From contig NC_087436.1 of assembly GCF_036321535.1 (NCBI RefSeq), positions 23,190,001 to 23,254,000 on the forward strand: a stretch of DNA of 64,000 nt, written 5' to 3'. The position numbers and the translations under genes were made by a program. Under the pieces are notes generated by a model, which saw only the letters and a list, made by a program, of their open reading frames with translations, had not been told where the DNA came from and ran no database searches. Below are positions 1 through 13,015 of this stretch, in pieces (positions within the stretch are counted from its first letter, which is position 1; each line of letters starts with the position of its first letter). Source of the stretch: Camelus dromedarius (lineage: Eukaryota).

Positions 1-889
1 CACAGAGGTGAATAAGCTCTGGAAATAGTTCTTGGTTTCTCCCGATGTCCATCAGGTAGAAAACCTTGTGGCCCATTTTATAAACATTCAGCATGATGTG
101 CTGGACATCATTCTAGGCTTCAGGAATTCCAAGATAAATAAGGCCGTGCCTGCCTCAAGAGCTCACAGCCTGATAGGAAGAACCGACTTTTTTTCTGGGC
201 AAGAAACAATGTGATAATTACCTTAGTAATATGATGTGCAAGGTGGTTGGCAGACCACAGACAAGGGGACAGTTAATTGCCAGGAGATTTGGGGGTTTGG
301 GTGTTTGAAGAAAGCAAAACAAATGCCTTAGGTGGCCCTTCACCTGGATATTGAGGGAAATAGATGTTTGCCAGAAAGAGAAAAGAAAGGACATTCCAGA
401 TGGAATAAAACAGCTGTGTGAAGCCTTGAAGGCTTTAAAAACAAACAAGCAAGATTTATTAAGAGAAGTGTAAAAATTATGGTGTGGCTGGAGTTTGTGT
501 ATCTGTCAGCAGCTGCTTCAGGACGTTACTGTTTAAGCCTTTCTGCCTAACGTCATGTGCAGACATAAGGGCTGAGACTAATAGGCGGTGTACCACTTAC
601 ATCAAGGCAGCCGCAGGCAGAAGGACAAGGTAGAAGCCTGCAACCCACAGAAAACCTACATGGGAGGGATGCAGAGGGATTGCAAATACTGGTCCCAAGG
701 TCTTGCATCTGTAGAGAATATAAATATATCGAAGTAAATCCAAGTGTACAGCCCCTCTGGCTTTAGAAATATCAGTGTGTATTTGCTGAAATGAATCAAA
801 ATCCAGCGTGGATATTAGGAAGTCTCTAAGTAGTGAACTCTGAATTTCTGACCTGGATCTCTCAGCAAATGTCAGTACAGAGGAAAGGC

Positions 890-1730
890 AAATAACTCAC
901 AGAATGGAAAATTGGAGTGGCCGATAAGCTGGAAGAGATACCCAAACTCATTAATAATCAGAAAAATGCAAATTTAAACAACAAATAGATATCGTTTCTC
1001 ACCCTTGAGACTGGTGAAAATGAAACAATCTGATAATACTAAGGGTTGCGGAAATTACGGATAAACATATTCTCTCACTTTCCTGGTACGATTGTGAATT
1101 GGCACAGTCACTTTGGAGACCAGTTTTGTAATATCGAATAAGATTTCAAAATATACTTACCCTGTGACCCAACAATTTCATCCTAAAAAAGTACTCATAT
1201 GTTTAAAGACCAAGTACAGAGACTGATTGCAGTGCCCATTATAGCAAAGAAAAAAAAAAAAAAGGAGATAAACCCAAACGTCCTTTATTAGGAAATGGAT
1301 ACATTACAGTATATTTTAAACAGTGGAATATTACACACTATTTGAAGTGAATGAATCAGATTTATAAGTATAACCTGGGTAAATTTTATAAATATATTAT
1401 TGAGTAAAAAAAAATAAATTTCAGAACAGTATCTGCTCTTTATCCTTAATGTAAAATTGAGAATATACATCAGTGTTAAATCTATATTTCATGTACATAC
1501 ATAGGGGGCAATAAAAATATAAGGACCTGGATGGGAAGAATAAAAACTTTGAGGATGGTGAATGGAGAGGGAAATAGGATTAAGGGGGCATTAAGGGGAC
1601 CTTTGCTGTCTGTGTTATGTTTTCTTTCATTAAAAAAAAAAAACAGATCTGAAGCAGATAAGGCCAAGTGTTAAAGACAGAGTGGTGGGACGTATATTTT
1701 GTAATTTTCAGTGGTTTTGAAGTATTTTAT
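890..1730 (+). mobile_element. Old L1 (L1M-type) ORF2 end / 3'UTR fragment
   Basis: Degenerate matches to L1 3' motifs (aaatgcaaatttaaaacaaca..., tgacccaacaatttcatccta). Boundaries approximate. Confidence 0.65.
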
Positions 1731-4644
1731 TAAACAGTAGTGCTCAATACATCCCAGGCGCTCTCTGAATGGGTACTATTAGAGCATCCATGTCGGGACA
1801 CAGCCCACCCCCCAGACCACTCCGGCATGGTCTCTGTAGGGCTCAGCCTCATCTGACTGCTGCAAGGCTGAGGGGAGAGAGGGAGGTCGAGTGAGCTTTA
1901 GGGTCTTGTCCCCTTTGACACTACATTATTCCAAGATCACCAGCAGATGGATTGATCATTGTCATGGGCACATTCCTGCATGTCCTGTACTCCCCTGACA
2001 CATCCTTGCCCCAAGAAGGGTGAGGGGCTGCCCAGGAGTGAAATGACTGTCTGCATCACACACCCCCTAGCGCCCACAGCTGGTGGGACGCCTAAATGTA
2101 CCAGTTCCGTCGTGTGTTTTCTGAATCTCCTTGAAAACAGCACGTTTATGTTACCAGCTGCCCCTGAACTAATGTAATAGGTAGATGCAGAGAAGAGCTA
2201 TTTTGAGGGCTATAATTTGATTCAGTTTTCTCAGGCAATCAAAGATTGTTTAACACCAGAAATAGCTGACTAGAACAGCTGCTGAAACAGTGCTTTGTGT
2301 GGGAAATGATGAAAGGTTCAGTGTTTTGACAGCCATTTCAGAGGGGTGAGTAGTAAGACTTCTAAGGAAATCCTGACTGCTGCTTTTGGGGGATTCTCTA
2401 GGCTAAATTTCCCATCTTCTAGTATTCTGTGTGGACAGAGAGTGTAAGAGGAGTTTCTGTTTTCCAGAGTCTTGACTCCTTGTATCAATAGAGTTCAGAC
2501 AGTGATAAATTTACCATATGGGTTTTCAAAAAATACCTAACTTTTCTTGCCACCAGACATGTGTTCAGGGCTTCCTGTGCTCCAAGCAAAACATTGGACC
2601 TAGGAGTCCGAAGGATTCATCCAGGCCTTGCCATCAAGGAGCTCCCAGCCTGGAAAGAGGAGAAGTGGAACTCGGCGTGATGTGCAGGTGGTTTTAAATA
2701 ACAGAATAGGTATCACAGCAGCAAAACTCGGAGGGGATCCGGGCTGGAAAGAGACGGCGTTAGGTAATTAGGAGTTTGTCACTGGAAGTGGTGGGAAGTG
2801 AGAGCCGATGGACCAGCACAGTACTGGAGGGAAGTGGAGGGAAGATCCTGGTCAGTGTTACAAAGCGAGAGGGCACTTCTGGGTTAAGGCAGCAGAGTCT
2901 GTTTATTGCTTTCGCTGGCCAGCTGTGGGCCTCAGTTCACAGTTCACAGTATTACTTTCTGTTGGGCTATCCAGCGCCCTAAGTTTTCAAAGGACTTTCA
3001 CATTTTTAAATAATATTATGTGCACCTGATGTGAGCATTGCAATATTATACTGTCTGTAATTCAACAAATACTTCAGTAGGGACCCTCTGGTAGATACGA
3101 ATCTACCTGGTAGTGTCCCTCTAAATGTTAGTGGAAGTTGGTGGCTCCAGTTGTGAATGCACACTCAGGGTTGGTTACTGGCGTCTAATCAGAAGCTCTC
3201 ACCCCAGGGGAGTCTTCCTGAAGCCACTCAGTTTTCTTTACTTGTGAGTGACAGTGGAGGTTTTGTTAACTAGAATAATAGATGTTGGAGATGGATTTTA
3301 GTTGGGGACATTCCTGGTGGTCAAGATGTGCGGATGGGGTTGGACCTTTTCAGAGGCTTTCTCTCCTTGGTGTTAGAGAGTAGAGAAGTCTAGTGAGACA
3401 TTAAGCATGGGGAAACTGAGGCTTGGAGAGACTGGGTCTTGGAGTTGGGCAGTGGCAGAGCTAGGACTGGAGGACGCTCGAACCCAGACCGCCTCTGTCA
3501 GCTGCTCTGCCCAGGGAGCTGTGCCTTCCCTCGGAAGGGTCTTTATCTGCCATGACGCTCTTTCTGTGGCTCATTAAACCACACAGGCTAGTCCTCGACT
3601 GCAGCTCCTAATTCCAGGCTGAAGTCTGTGTGCCTTAGAAACAACATGCGTGACACTTCCAGTATTTTGATTCAAGGAGACAGAAGTTTTATTATGAGTG
3701 ATGCATTTATATTTCTGGTTCACATGTATTTGTACTTCTAGATCACATAGAAGAGAATCCAGTTTAGTGGGCACTCTTGCTTTTCCTATTAATATCCTCC
3801 TCCATCTGCAGATAATTAAAGAGTAATTAGAGGTCTTTGCAGTAAACCTGAGTCACAGTTGAGAAAACAAAAATGCACGTGTGTGTGGCGTTATGTGGAA
3901 AACTACCCCTTGGGAAACTCTGCAGGCGCCAAAGATCTGATTTTTGATGTGTTTCACACAGGCCGGAGCAAACACACGAATTCATTTCCACTTTAATGGA
4001 AGTTTGTTTTTCCTGATGTGGGCAGGGCAGCTAATGGTCATGGCGGTTTGGAATGAACCTAAATGGATTCCTGGCCTTAGACACAGACCAGGAGGACAAC
4101 TGTAGGGCTTCCTCATGTTAAGCTCCCTTAGGCTCCTTGATTAATACCCCTGGTTCAGGAAGGCAGGTATATTACAGCCACTTTACAACAGAGGAAATGA
4201 AAGGCAGAGAAGTTAAATGGCATGTCCATGTGCCCCGGACCTGGTCACAGCAGAGTCAGAGCCAGAACGGAGCTCTCCTGAACACTGGTTGACTGTCCAC
4301 TGCTCTTCACGACTCCAGGCTGACAGAGCAGAAGGAAGGGCATTTCGATGGTATCGTGTGTTACTCAGTAGCGTCAGAACAAGCCTCCAGACATTGTAAT
4401 AAGACAACACCCCAAGAGAGACTGGTGGTGACAGTTTCAGAAGAACCTGTGGTTCAGACTCAGCGGAACTTTGTGAGAAGCCTGCTGGGGGCCAGGCCCT
4501 GGGCTTGGTGCTTCCAGTGAGCTAGTTATTTCCAATTGGCAGAGCAGGGGAGGCTGGGGGCCTTTACCACCCCCGTCCCAGCCTCAACCACCGTCAGCTC
4601 CATCCCAAAGCCATCCTTAATAAACATGCACTCTAAGTCAAAGT

Positions 4645-5154
4645 CACACTAAATAAAGGAGTGTCTTGGTACTGCTCGCCACCTGATAGGCCAGTCAGCC
4701 AAGAGACCAGTTGTTGGGGTAAGGGATCACAGCTTTGTTCAGAACGCCAGCAGTCTGAGAAGAGGTGGATTAAAGAACCATCTTGCCCAGGTTTGGATGC
4801 TAGTTTTTATAGAAAAAAGAAGGGGAGGTGAGGAGGTAAAGTAAAAAAGGCAGTAAGTTGTTGCAAATATTTCCTGTCCCCTGACTCCAGAGGGGATGTG
4901 TTAATTTCTTCTTTCCTGCAGCCATTCACAAGTAGCCGTGGTCAGGAGGTTTTCTGTGATCTAAACAAAGGTGTTTTAGCATAGGCTCAGGCCTGGGAGG
5001 CAGGGTTCCAGGGGATGGGCCGTTATGTATACTTTAAGCTACTGGCAGCATCCCTTTACTGATTAATTTGTAGCAAAAGCAACAGAATACAAAGTATTCT
5101 TAAAGTAAAAGAAACAGATCCAATATGGAGTCAGATTTGTTCTCCCCTATCGCA
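4645..5154 (-). mobile_element. Solo LTR, ERV1-like (cetartiodactyl type)
   Basis: Ends in aaacagatccaatatggagtcagatttgttctcccctatcgca, the reverse complement of a typical LTR 5' end (TG..gaacaaatctgactccatattggatc). Left boundary approximate. Confidence 0.65.
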
Positions 5155-5456
5155 GTGCTGGGTAGTTTGACTAACCCCTTATTCCAACCAGCCTCTTGCC
5201 CCTAAGTCCCGTTGTATTCAGCCTTTAAGAACAAAACTCTAATTGTCATATCATTGTCAGAACACAAAGGCATGGGAAATAAATGTCCTAAGATGCTTCA
5301 GCTAATCACAGTTCCTAATTGGTCCTTCTGAGTCCAAACCCTGCTCTATGCTGGGTTCCATCTGACTTTAGAGTAATTATGGGCATTTACTTGATAGCAA
5401 TCTTTTGGATTCATTCTGCCAAGGAAGGAATGTAGTTTATTTGACCTTGTGGAATT

Positions 5457-5481
5457 TGTGTGTGTGTGTGTGTGTGTGTGT
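5457..5481. repeat. (TG)n microsatellite
   Basis: Read directly from the sequence. Confidence 0.9.
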
Positions 5482-6530
5482 CCATGATAGTCTGGAATAG
5501 TGTAGAAAATGTTTGGTATCTAATCCAGGCAAGAGAAGGCACTGCCTCTTCTTAAGTGAGCATCGGTACGCTGGGCATTTGTATTTCTTACAAATCAATT
5601 GCTAAGTTCACTTCTGGAGTGTACAGGCTTGCCTTAACGTGGATGATATGAACGAGTTTCCCCCAGGTCCTGGCCAGATTGTTGAGCCTCCTGATCCAGA
5701 GAACTCAACGTCTTGCTACCACAGTCCCTTTCCTGGTCCTCAGCATAATTACTGCATCTTTGCAGAGTGTAGACCAGGCTCCAGTCATCTCTGTTTATAA
5801 TGATTGATGTGACAAATGGCAGGGGACTCTGACGTTGAGATGGGCAAATGCATATTTCACAGCCCTGTTCCTTCCTAAACACAGCCCTGAAACATTGCTT
5901 GGCCCTCTCCCCTGCTGGATTATAAATGCCTTAGGGGGTCTGCTTTATTCAGCTTCAGGCCCACAGGGTTTGCCTGGCGCATAGTAGGCATTTCTTATTT
6001 GTTGAGCGGAACTGTACCTTTTCAATACAAAAGAAAAGTGAGGCACATGAAAATAATACCTGGGGCAGCCTGGCACACAGACTCATGTACATGACTGGTT
6101 CCCACGGCCTTGGCAAGTTACTCACATTAAGGATTGGTTTCTTGGATGAAAAGGGTGAGAAAATCATACACACTGGACATAATGGAGGTAAAGCAGAGAT
6201 CTCCACGTATCAGTCTTAATACCTTGCTTTTTAATTTGAAACAGGCGTTTATAAATACTACCATATGCCAGACTGAGCTAGAAGCTTTGCTGGTTTTGTT
6301 TTTGAAACCAGCACTGTCTTTCTGTTTGTGCACTGTATCTTGGAGGTTGATGAAACGAGTAATGTAGAGTAGAGCCGACGTCATCGTGTCTGAGAGGGTC
6401 AAGCTTTGTCAAGGTGGAATGCAGGGGGAGGGGGTGGTGGGGAGGCCCAGCAGAAGGGCTCGTCCGCACTGCTGCCTCTGGGAATTTGGAGGAAACGCTT
6501 ACACACTTCTCCCCCTTTCTCTGCCCTCAG

Positions 6531-6641
6531 GCCTCCTGGTGGGTACCCTTGACGTCGTGCTGGACTCCAGTGCCCGGGTGGCTCCTTACCGAATCCTGTA
6601 CCAGACTCCAGACTCTCTGGTCTATTGGACCATCGCCTGTG
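6531..6641 (+). CDS. TBC1D9: TBC1D9 exon 2 (111 nt, phase 1-1): (G)[36 protein letters not shown]
   Basis: Acceptor ccctttctctgccctcag|GC and donor G|gtaagt; lies inside ORF 6386..6676. Confidence 0.95.
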
Positions 6642-6734
6642 GTAAGTACGGTATTTGGAAATACGGCAAACATTAGGATTCGTGACTTTCTGTCTGAAGG
6701 GAAGGAACATTTATTTGCAGAACGCAATCACCTG

Positions 6735-7085
6735 GTATTACAGGATCAGTGACCATAGCCGTTGCAACAGATGAACCCTAAATCTCAGTGGCTTAACACA
6801 AGAAAATTTCTTTCTCACTCTGCTGAAGTCTTGTTCAGATCCTGTGGCCACCTGCACCTGTAGTGCCACCCCGTAGAACACAAAGCCTCCAAGGTCCACT
6901 TACAAGGCAAAAGTGGGAGGTGCTGACACACCTGTGTTTAACTTGCTGGGCCCAGAAGTGTCACCGCTTCCACTCACACTCCACTGGCTAGAACTAGTCA
7001 CGTGGCCCCAGCCTGTCTTAGGGGAATTTGGGAGGTGAAGAGGGACACATGGAATCCTGGGTGTACCAGGGAATGCTTCCATGTC
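6735..7085. mobile_element. MaLR LTR fragment (MLT1-type)
   Basis: Contains aatctcagtggcttaacacaag and aactagtcacgtggcccca, both typical MLT1 motifs. Confidence 0.6.
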
Positions 7086-7319
7086 CTAGTACGGTCCCTC
7101 CAGCTGAGTGGGGTTGTTTATTTCTCCTGATGACAGTCTGTACCAGGGTGCTGTGTGTAAGATGGTGACAAATGCCCACGCTGTTACTGGGTCACTAGAA
7201 CTGTGAGCGTGAAATGGCTCGGATACTTTTTAGTTATTTGTTTGCAAATAACCATAGGAAGAGCAAGGTCACTGAACACTGTCTTTTTTTTTTTTTAACC
7301 CTCTTTTGATTTTTGTTTT

Positions 7320-8120
7320 TTAATTAATAGGTTTTATTTTCTTAGAACAGTTTTGGATTTACAGGAAAATTGAACAGATAGTTGAGAGAGCTCCCATATG
7401 CCCTCCACATATACAATTTTCCCCTGCAACGAACATCGTAGTGTGGAACGTTTGTGCCAATTGGTAAATCCACGTGGATGCTCTATTACTAAACAGAATC
7501 CACAGTTTATTTAGATTTCCTAAAGTTTCACCTGATACCCTTTTCCTGGTCCAGGATCCCAGCCAGTATACTATTCTGTATTTAGTTGATACAGCTCTTT
7601 AGTCTCCCTTTTGGCTGTGGAAGTCACTCAGACTTGCCTTGTTTTTGAGGACCCTGCCTGTTTTGAAGGACAACGGTCAGGTGTATTGCAGAATGCCCCT
7701 CTGTTGAAATTTGTCTGATGTTTCTCTCATGACTAGGCTGGGGTGATAGATTTTTGTGAGGGAGATCACAGAGATAAAGTGTTGTTTTCGTCATATCGTG
7801 TCAAGTGAGGGCACTTACTATCAAGCTGCCTTGTGTCTGACGATGTCCCTGATCACCCAGCTGAAGGAGTGTTTTCCAGATTTCTCCGTTGTCACGTTAC
7901 TCTTTTCCTTCCCCTTTCCACACCGTCCTCCTTGGAAGGAAGCCACTGTGCACAGCCCACACTTACAGAGTGGGGAGTTCTAATTTATTCAATTATTTTT
8001 GTCACCAGGGACTTATGAATACTTACTCTATACTCTGGGTTATAATCCAATACTATTTCCTTTATTTTGTTACATAAATTGTTCCCGGTTTCGCCATTGA
8101 GGGCCCTTTCAGTTGACTTT
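7320..8120 (-). mobile_element. L1MC-type 3' fragment
   Basis: A T-rich tail followed by tagaacagttttggatttacaggaaaattgaacagatag and ccaggatcccagccag, resembling an old L1 3'UTR in reverse. Confidence 0.6.
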
Positions 8121-9937
8121 GTTCAGGTTTTAAATTGATCTCTGCTTGGTAGGAAGTGCAGTGTAGAGATCTAAGGATGTAAAGATAATTAGATCCAGCT
8201 TCTGCTCTTGAGGATACCAGGAAATACTCAGTTTTAGCCCAGGGTGAGTAAGTGCCAGTGGATGGAGGGGCTCCCGACTGAATACTGGAGTCTTGACCAG
8301 CCTTTTGCAGGGTAGGGGGAAATTATCTGGGAGTGACTTCAGGCTGCCGGAAAGCTCCGGAGCCCTAGCCATGCACTCTCAAGGATTTAGCAGCACCTGC
8401 AATTCTAACACTGTAGTTGTGTCCTTTGAAAGTTCTTCTGGTTAAGATGCAAACAGCCCCATGAGAAACGGTTTCACATCTCAGCATTTATGCATTGTGG
8501 TGAATGAAGGAGTGGTATTGGGAGTCCGGGCACTGAGGAAACCACCTAGGAGTAAAGGATGGGGATTAAAGCGAGAGGAAGGGGATGACGGATTAAGGGA
8601 GAGGGGGCTGGGACCCTGAGGAAGACAGACTGATCAGTGTAACCCAGGCTGGGTAAGACAGCGTTCTGGCCTTCTGTGCCATTCATCCGGCATGAAGGGA
8701 AACACCACCGCATAGCTACTGTAGAAGGGAAGCGCCCTGTGGTAGTTGGCGGGGAAAGTGTCACCTTTAGTTGGAAAACAATGTAAAATGGTGTTAAAAT
8801 AGACGTTGTAGCCAGCAAGTGAAGAAAGAGAGAGGAAATTAGAAATCAGGCAGGAGCACTAGAACCCCTGGACTTAAGCAGGGTTTGACACTCCTCCCTC
8901 GCTGTCCAGCACTTCCGCACTTGTGCCCGGAGGCTTCTGAGAACCTGGGGAGCCTGGAGCGCCTCAGCGCCCTCGGGTCTCCTGGCCTGCCCAGGTCAGG
9001 GCGCATTTCCTGAGCTGCGAGGAGCTGGCTCCCATCTGTGACTTCCTGCTCCTCAGCCCTCTCTTCTTTTCTCCCCTGTTGCCCGACATCACTCCTCCTC
9101 TGTCTGTTTCTGAGGCTTTGCCATCCTACGAAGCAGAGGCTCCTCTGAAGGGTCGTGTGGGAAAGAGCCCAGAGTTACAAAGCTGAGTTATTCCTGAATA
9201 GTTTGCCAAGCCAAGGCTGGCGGGACACTGGGCGGCAAATGCCGATGCCATCATTTATACCTCAAAGAGATGCACTTCCCTTTTCCCAGTAAGTAATGCC
9301 TGTCACAACGGCATGATCTCGTTATAATAAACCCAGACCGGTTGTAGCTTTTGTATATATTGATTACACGCAGAGACAGCTCCAGAATTGCCTCGTGGAA
9401 GACTCCACTGAAGTGACAACCACTGCAAAAGTCCCACTCACCCGTTAGTTGTTCCTTCTTATCGATTTCCCTTTAAAAACCCAAATGGCTGGCTCTCTTT
9501 CCTGAGAAGATTTTAAGAGCGGAAGCTGCTACCTTAGAAAGATTTCTTGGCTATGCTGATCTTTTAGGTTTGTAATTCTAATGCTAATGTAGTTACAGCT
9601 ACAGAGTTGGTATTTGGTGGGACACCACACCAAGAGCTTTTTAATGTGCTCTAATTTCAGGAATCTTTGCTATAAGAGAAGCTTCAGCAGAAAATTGAAA
9701 GTCTAATTCACTTCCCTGTTAGAATCCACAGGATCGCAAAAACCTTTGCTTTGTGCCATGTGCCTTGTGAATCTTTGATATGTGTAAATATAACTAAAGG
9801 GCGCATCCACCATCAACATCTTCACCTAGGTCACTGTCTGCAGGAGAGCAGTCATCGTAGTGGTGAATCCTGATCATACGATGGCTTTAGACTTGTGCCA
9901 CTTGGAGCCAGGCAGGACCTAGTTTTTTGTTTGTTTG

Positions 9938-10395
9938 AATTAAAGTATAGTCAGTTAACAATGTGTTAACTTCTGGTGTACAGCATAGTGTTTCAGTTAT
10001 ACATATATGTATATTCCTTTTCATATTCTTTTTCATCATAGGCTATTACAAGTTATTGAATACAGTTCCCTGTGCTGTACTTAGGATCTTGTTGTTTATC
10101 TATTTTATATATAATGGTTAGTATCAGCAAATCCTAAACTCCCAGTTTATCCTTCCACCCCCTCTCCCGTTCCCCTTCTAGTAACCTTGTTTGTTTTCTA
10201 TGTCTGTGAGTCTGTTCCTGTTTTGTAAATAAGTTCATTTATATCATTTTTTTGGGGCCCCACATAATAAGTGGTATTGTATGATATTTGTCTTTCTCTG
10301 TCTGGCTTACTTCACTTAGTATGAATTCAGGTCCATCCATGTTGCTGCAAATGACATTATTTCATTCTTTTTTATGGCCGAGTAGTATTTCATAG
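9938..10395 (-). mobile_element. Cetartiodactyl/camelid L1 3' end
   Basis: aagtatagtcagttaacaatgtg...ggtgtacagcatagt...catgttgctgcaaatgacattatttcattc. The minus-strand ORF contains MKYYSAIKKNEIMSFAATWMDL. Confidence 0.85.
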
Positions 10396-10405
10396 TGTGT
10401 GTGTG

Positions 10406-10455
<50 letters not shown>

Positions 10456-10460
10456 TGTGT
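10395..10460. repeat. (GT)n microsatellite, imperfect
   Basis: Read directly from the sequence. Confidence 0.95.
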
Positions 10461-12769
10461 ATGCCCGTATAGTAATCACCCAGCCCTTGGCAGTATGAAG
10501 CATATGGAAAGAAGAGGGGGTAAAAAGCAAGAGTTATTTGGTGAAACATTATTTTCATATGCTGCTTTTTTTTATTATCTTCCTCTATCAGTCTGTATGC
10601 AGTTGGTTTGAAGAAATTGCTTTTTTATGTTTCTTTGGCACTGAGACCTTTCATTGGGAAGGGGAGCCAAAACTCTGTCTGACAGATGACTCTTTTCACT
10701 GCTACCCAAAATGAAGCCACTGTTCTCTTTGGCTGATATACTGTTGAGCCATCGATTCCAGCCTTCTGAGCTGCACTTTGTTCAGCGGTTTGCTCAGTGC
10801 TGTTTGCGCCGCTAAGAGCACAAAGGAAGCGGCACCGCGGGAACCGGCCCGACTAGCTTCGTTGCCCCGGTTATGCTCTGCCAGGTCGGCCTCCCTCCCA
10901 CCAGTGACTGACTGTTTTACACCTGTGCCCCCACTAGGGCACTAAACAGCTGCAGGTGCTCCCCCAGCAGCTGGAGTTGTGGACTTGGTGCCCCAGAGGT
11001 AAGAGAGCCCAGTCCTCCGCCCTCCTCGACCTTCAGGGGGCCTGAGTAGAAAGTGGTGCATTTGGCTCCCCCCAGGAGAAGAACTAGAAGGTACGAACAG
11101 TAAGAAGGCCTATACAGCCTCATGAGAACGTGGACTCTTAGGAATGCAGAGAATTCCACGGACACTGCTTGAAGAGCTCTGGGACAGCAGAGGAGAAGAG
11201 TTACCATCAGAAAGATGTTGACGGTTCCCTCTGGATACATGGGACCTTCCAACAGGACTGATAATGGAAATGAGGTGGAGGGTATGTGCCTGATGGCCAC
11301 CTCGCTGATAACATGGCCCTGAACCCTGCCCTGATTCCATTGCCCTCTGATTTCCTTTCCTTTTTCTTCACCGTCTTAGAATCTCATCTGGGCCTAGATG
11401 GTCATTCATTTTTGGAACTGAGAGATAGATTTGCCCTTCTTGTCCAGCACTCTGGTTTTGATAGGATGCAGAGGCACAGTGGACTGCCCAAGTTCACATG
11501 GCTGGCTACAGCTAGTTAAGTAGAGCTGAGATCAAGGTCCCAGGCCACCCCTGCTCCCCGCCCAGTCCTTTTTCAGTGGCATCACACTGGCTTTTATGAT
11601 TAAACATTCTTTTAGTCAGAAGCTGGTAAGACCCAGAGTTTAATTAAAGATTGCCAGTTGTTGCTGCTTCTGCTGTTTATTTACACTAGATGCAAAATGT
11701 TGGGTAATTTAGTTGCCTTCCACATGAGACACACGTAATGTGGAAGTTGGTCAGTTTTTTTTCATCCTTTCTTGGTCTGTATACCTCAGGAACTATTCCT
11801 GTTTTGTTGGGAACCTAGCAGCTTAAAAAAAAAAAAACTTGGCTTTTTTTTCAGTAAGCAAAACATGTTCATTGCAGGAAATTAGAAAATATAGTTAAGC
11901 AAAGAGAATAAAATATTTAAGACAGTAATAACACTTTAAAAATCTTTACCTTCCAGACTTTACATATATGTGTATGTCTGTGTGTCTGTACATACACATA
12001 TATATGTATTTGTGTGTGTATGCATATATGTGTATAGACTTTCTATGTCAAGAAAATGTATGCCTATAATGTCAGTTTTAATAGGTAGATAGTATTTTAT
12101 TGTGTATCAAATGTAATTTATCTAACTATTCAGAAAATCTAGGGTTTTTCTCTCTAATATTAACTGAATTTTGAAAAACCGTAGTGATTATCCTCTGAAT
12201 AAAATATTTCCACATTCCTTTAATTATCACCTTAGGGTAAATTTATAGGAGTACATATGCTGAGTCCAAGAATATGCATGTATGTAAGGCTTTTAGGATC
12301 ATGAGCCTGTTTGTCCTCCAGAAATAGAGCCATTTATGTTCTGCCCGTCAGAGTTGGTGAGGACCTTGGCATTTTAAGTAAAATAAGCAAACTGACAACA
12401 CCAACCACTAATTCTTACTGCTAAGTCTGGATGAGTTACCTGGGCCTCTCTTTTCTCAGAGTGATTATAAAGCTATGAACGTACTGTTATGACCTGTAAG
12501 AGATCACAAGCAGAGCTATGTAAGCAGCTTATAATAGTTGCACAAAGAGTTGTTCTAGGCCTGCTTTACTTCAATTGTACGTACACTTTGCAATCCAAAT
12601 GTAACAGTGTCAGGGCCGGAGAGATCTGCGCTGAATGTATGATGATGAGACAACAGTTAAGCAGCCAGTTTCTTAGTGCTCTGACATCAGAAGTTAGAAG
12701 TATCTTCTGCATCACATTTCAAGAAGAGACGTTTGTGTTCTGTTACTTGTGGCGGTCATAGCAAAAGTT

Positions 12770-13015
12770 ACTGTTTGTTTAGTGCTTTGTATATTCTAGA
12801 CCTGTGCTAAGGACTTTACATGTATTGTCTTCCTTAATCTCCAGCACAAACCAACGTGGTAGGTGTTGCTACCTACATTTACGGATGAGGAATCTGAAAC
12901 ACAGTGAGGTTAAGTCACTTTTCCATGGTCACAAAGCTAATATGTGGCATGGTAGGGATTTGAAACCATGTGTACTCTTTTGACATCCAAGTCTGTGGTC
13001 TGAACCATTAAGTGA
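12770..13015. mobile_element. MIR SINE
   Basis: MIR core: tttacggatgaggaatctgaaacacagtgaggttaagtcacttttccatggtcaca. Confidence 0.7.

Noticed and set aside
2060..2090. Possible CTCF site (also one near 50670)
   Set aside because: Two or more mismatches at core positions make these too weak to call.
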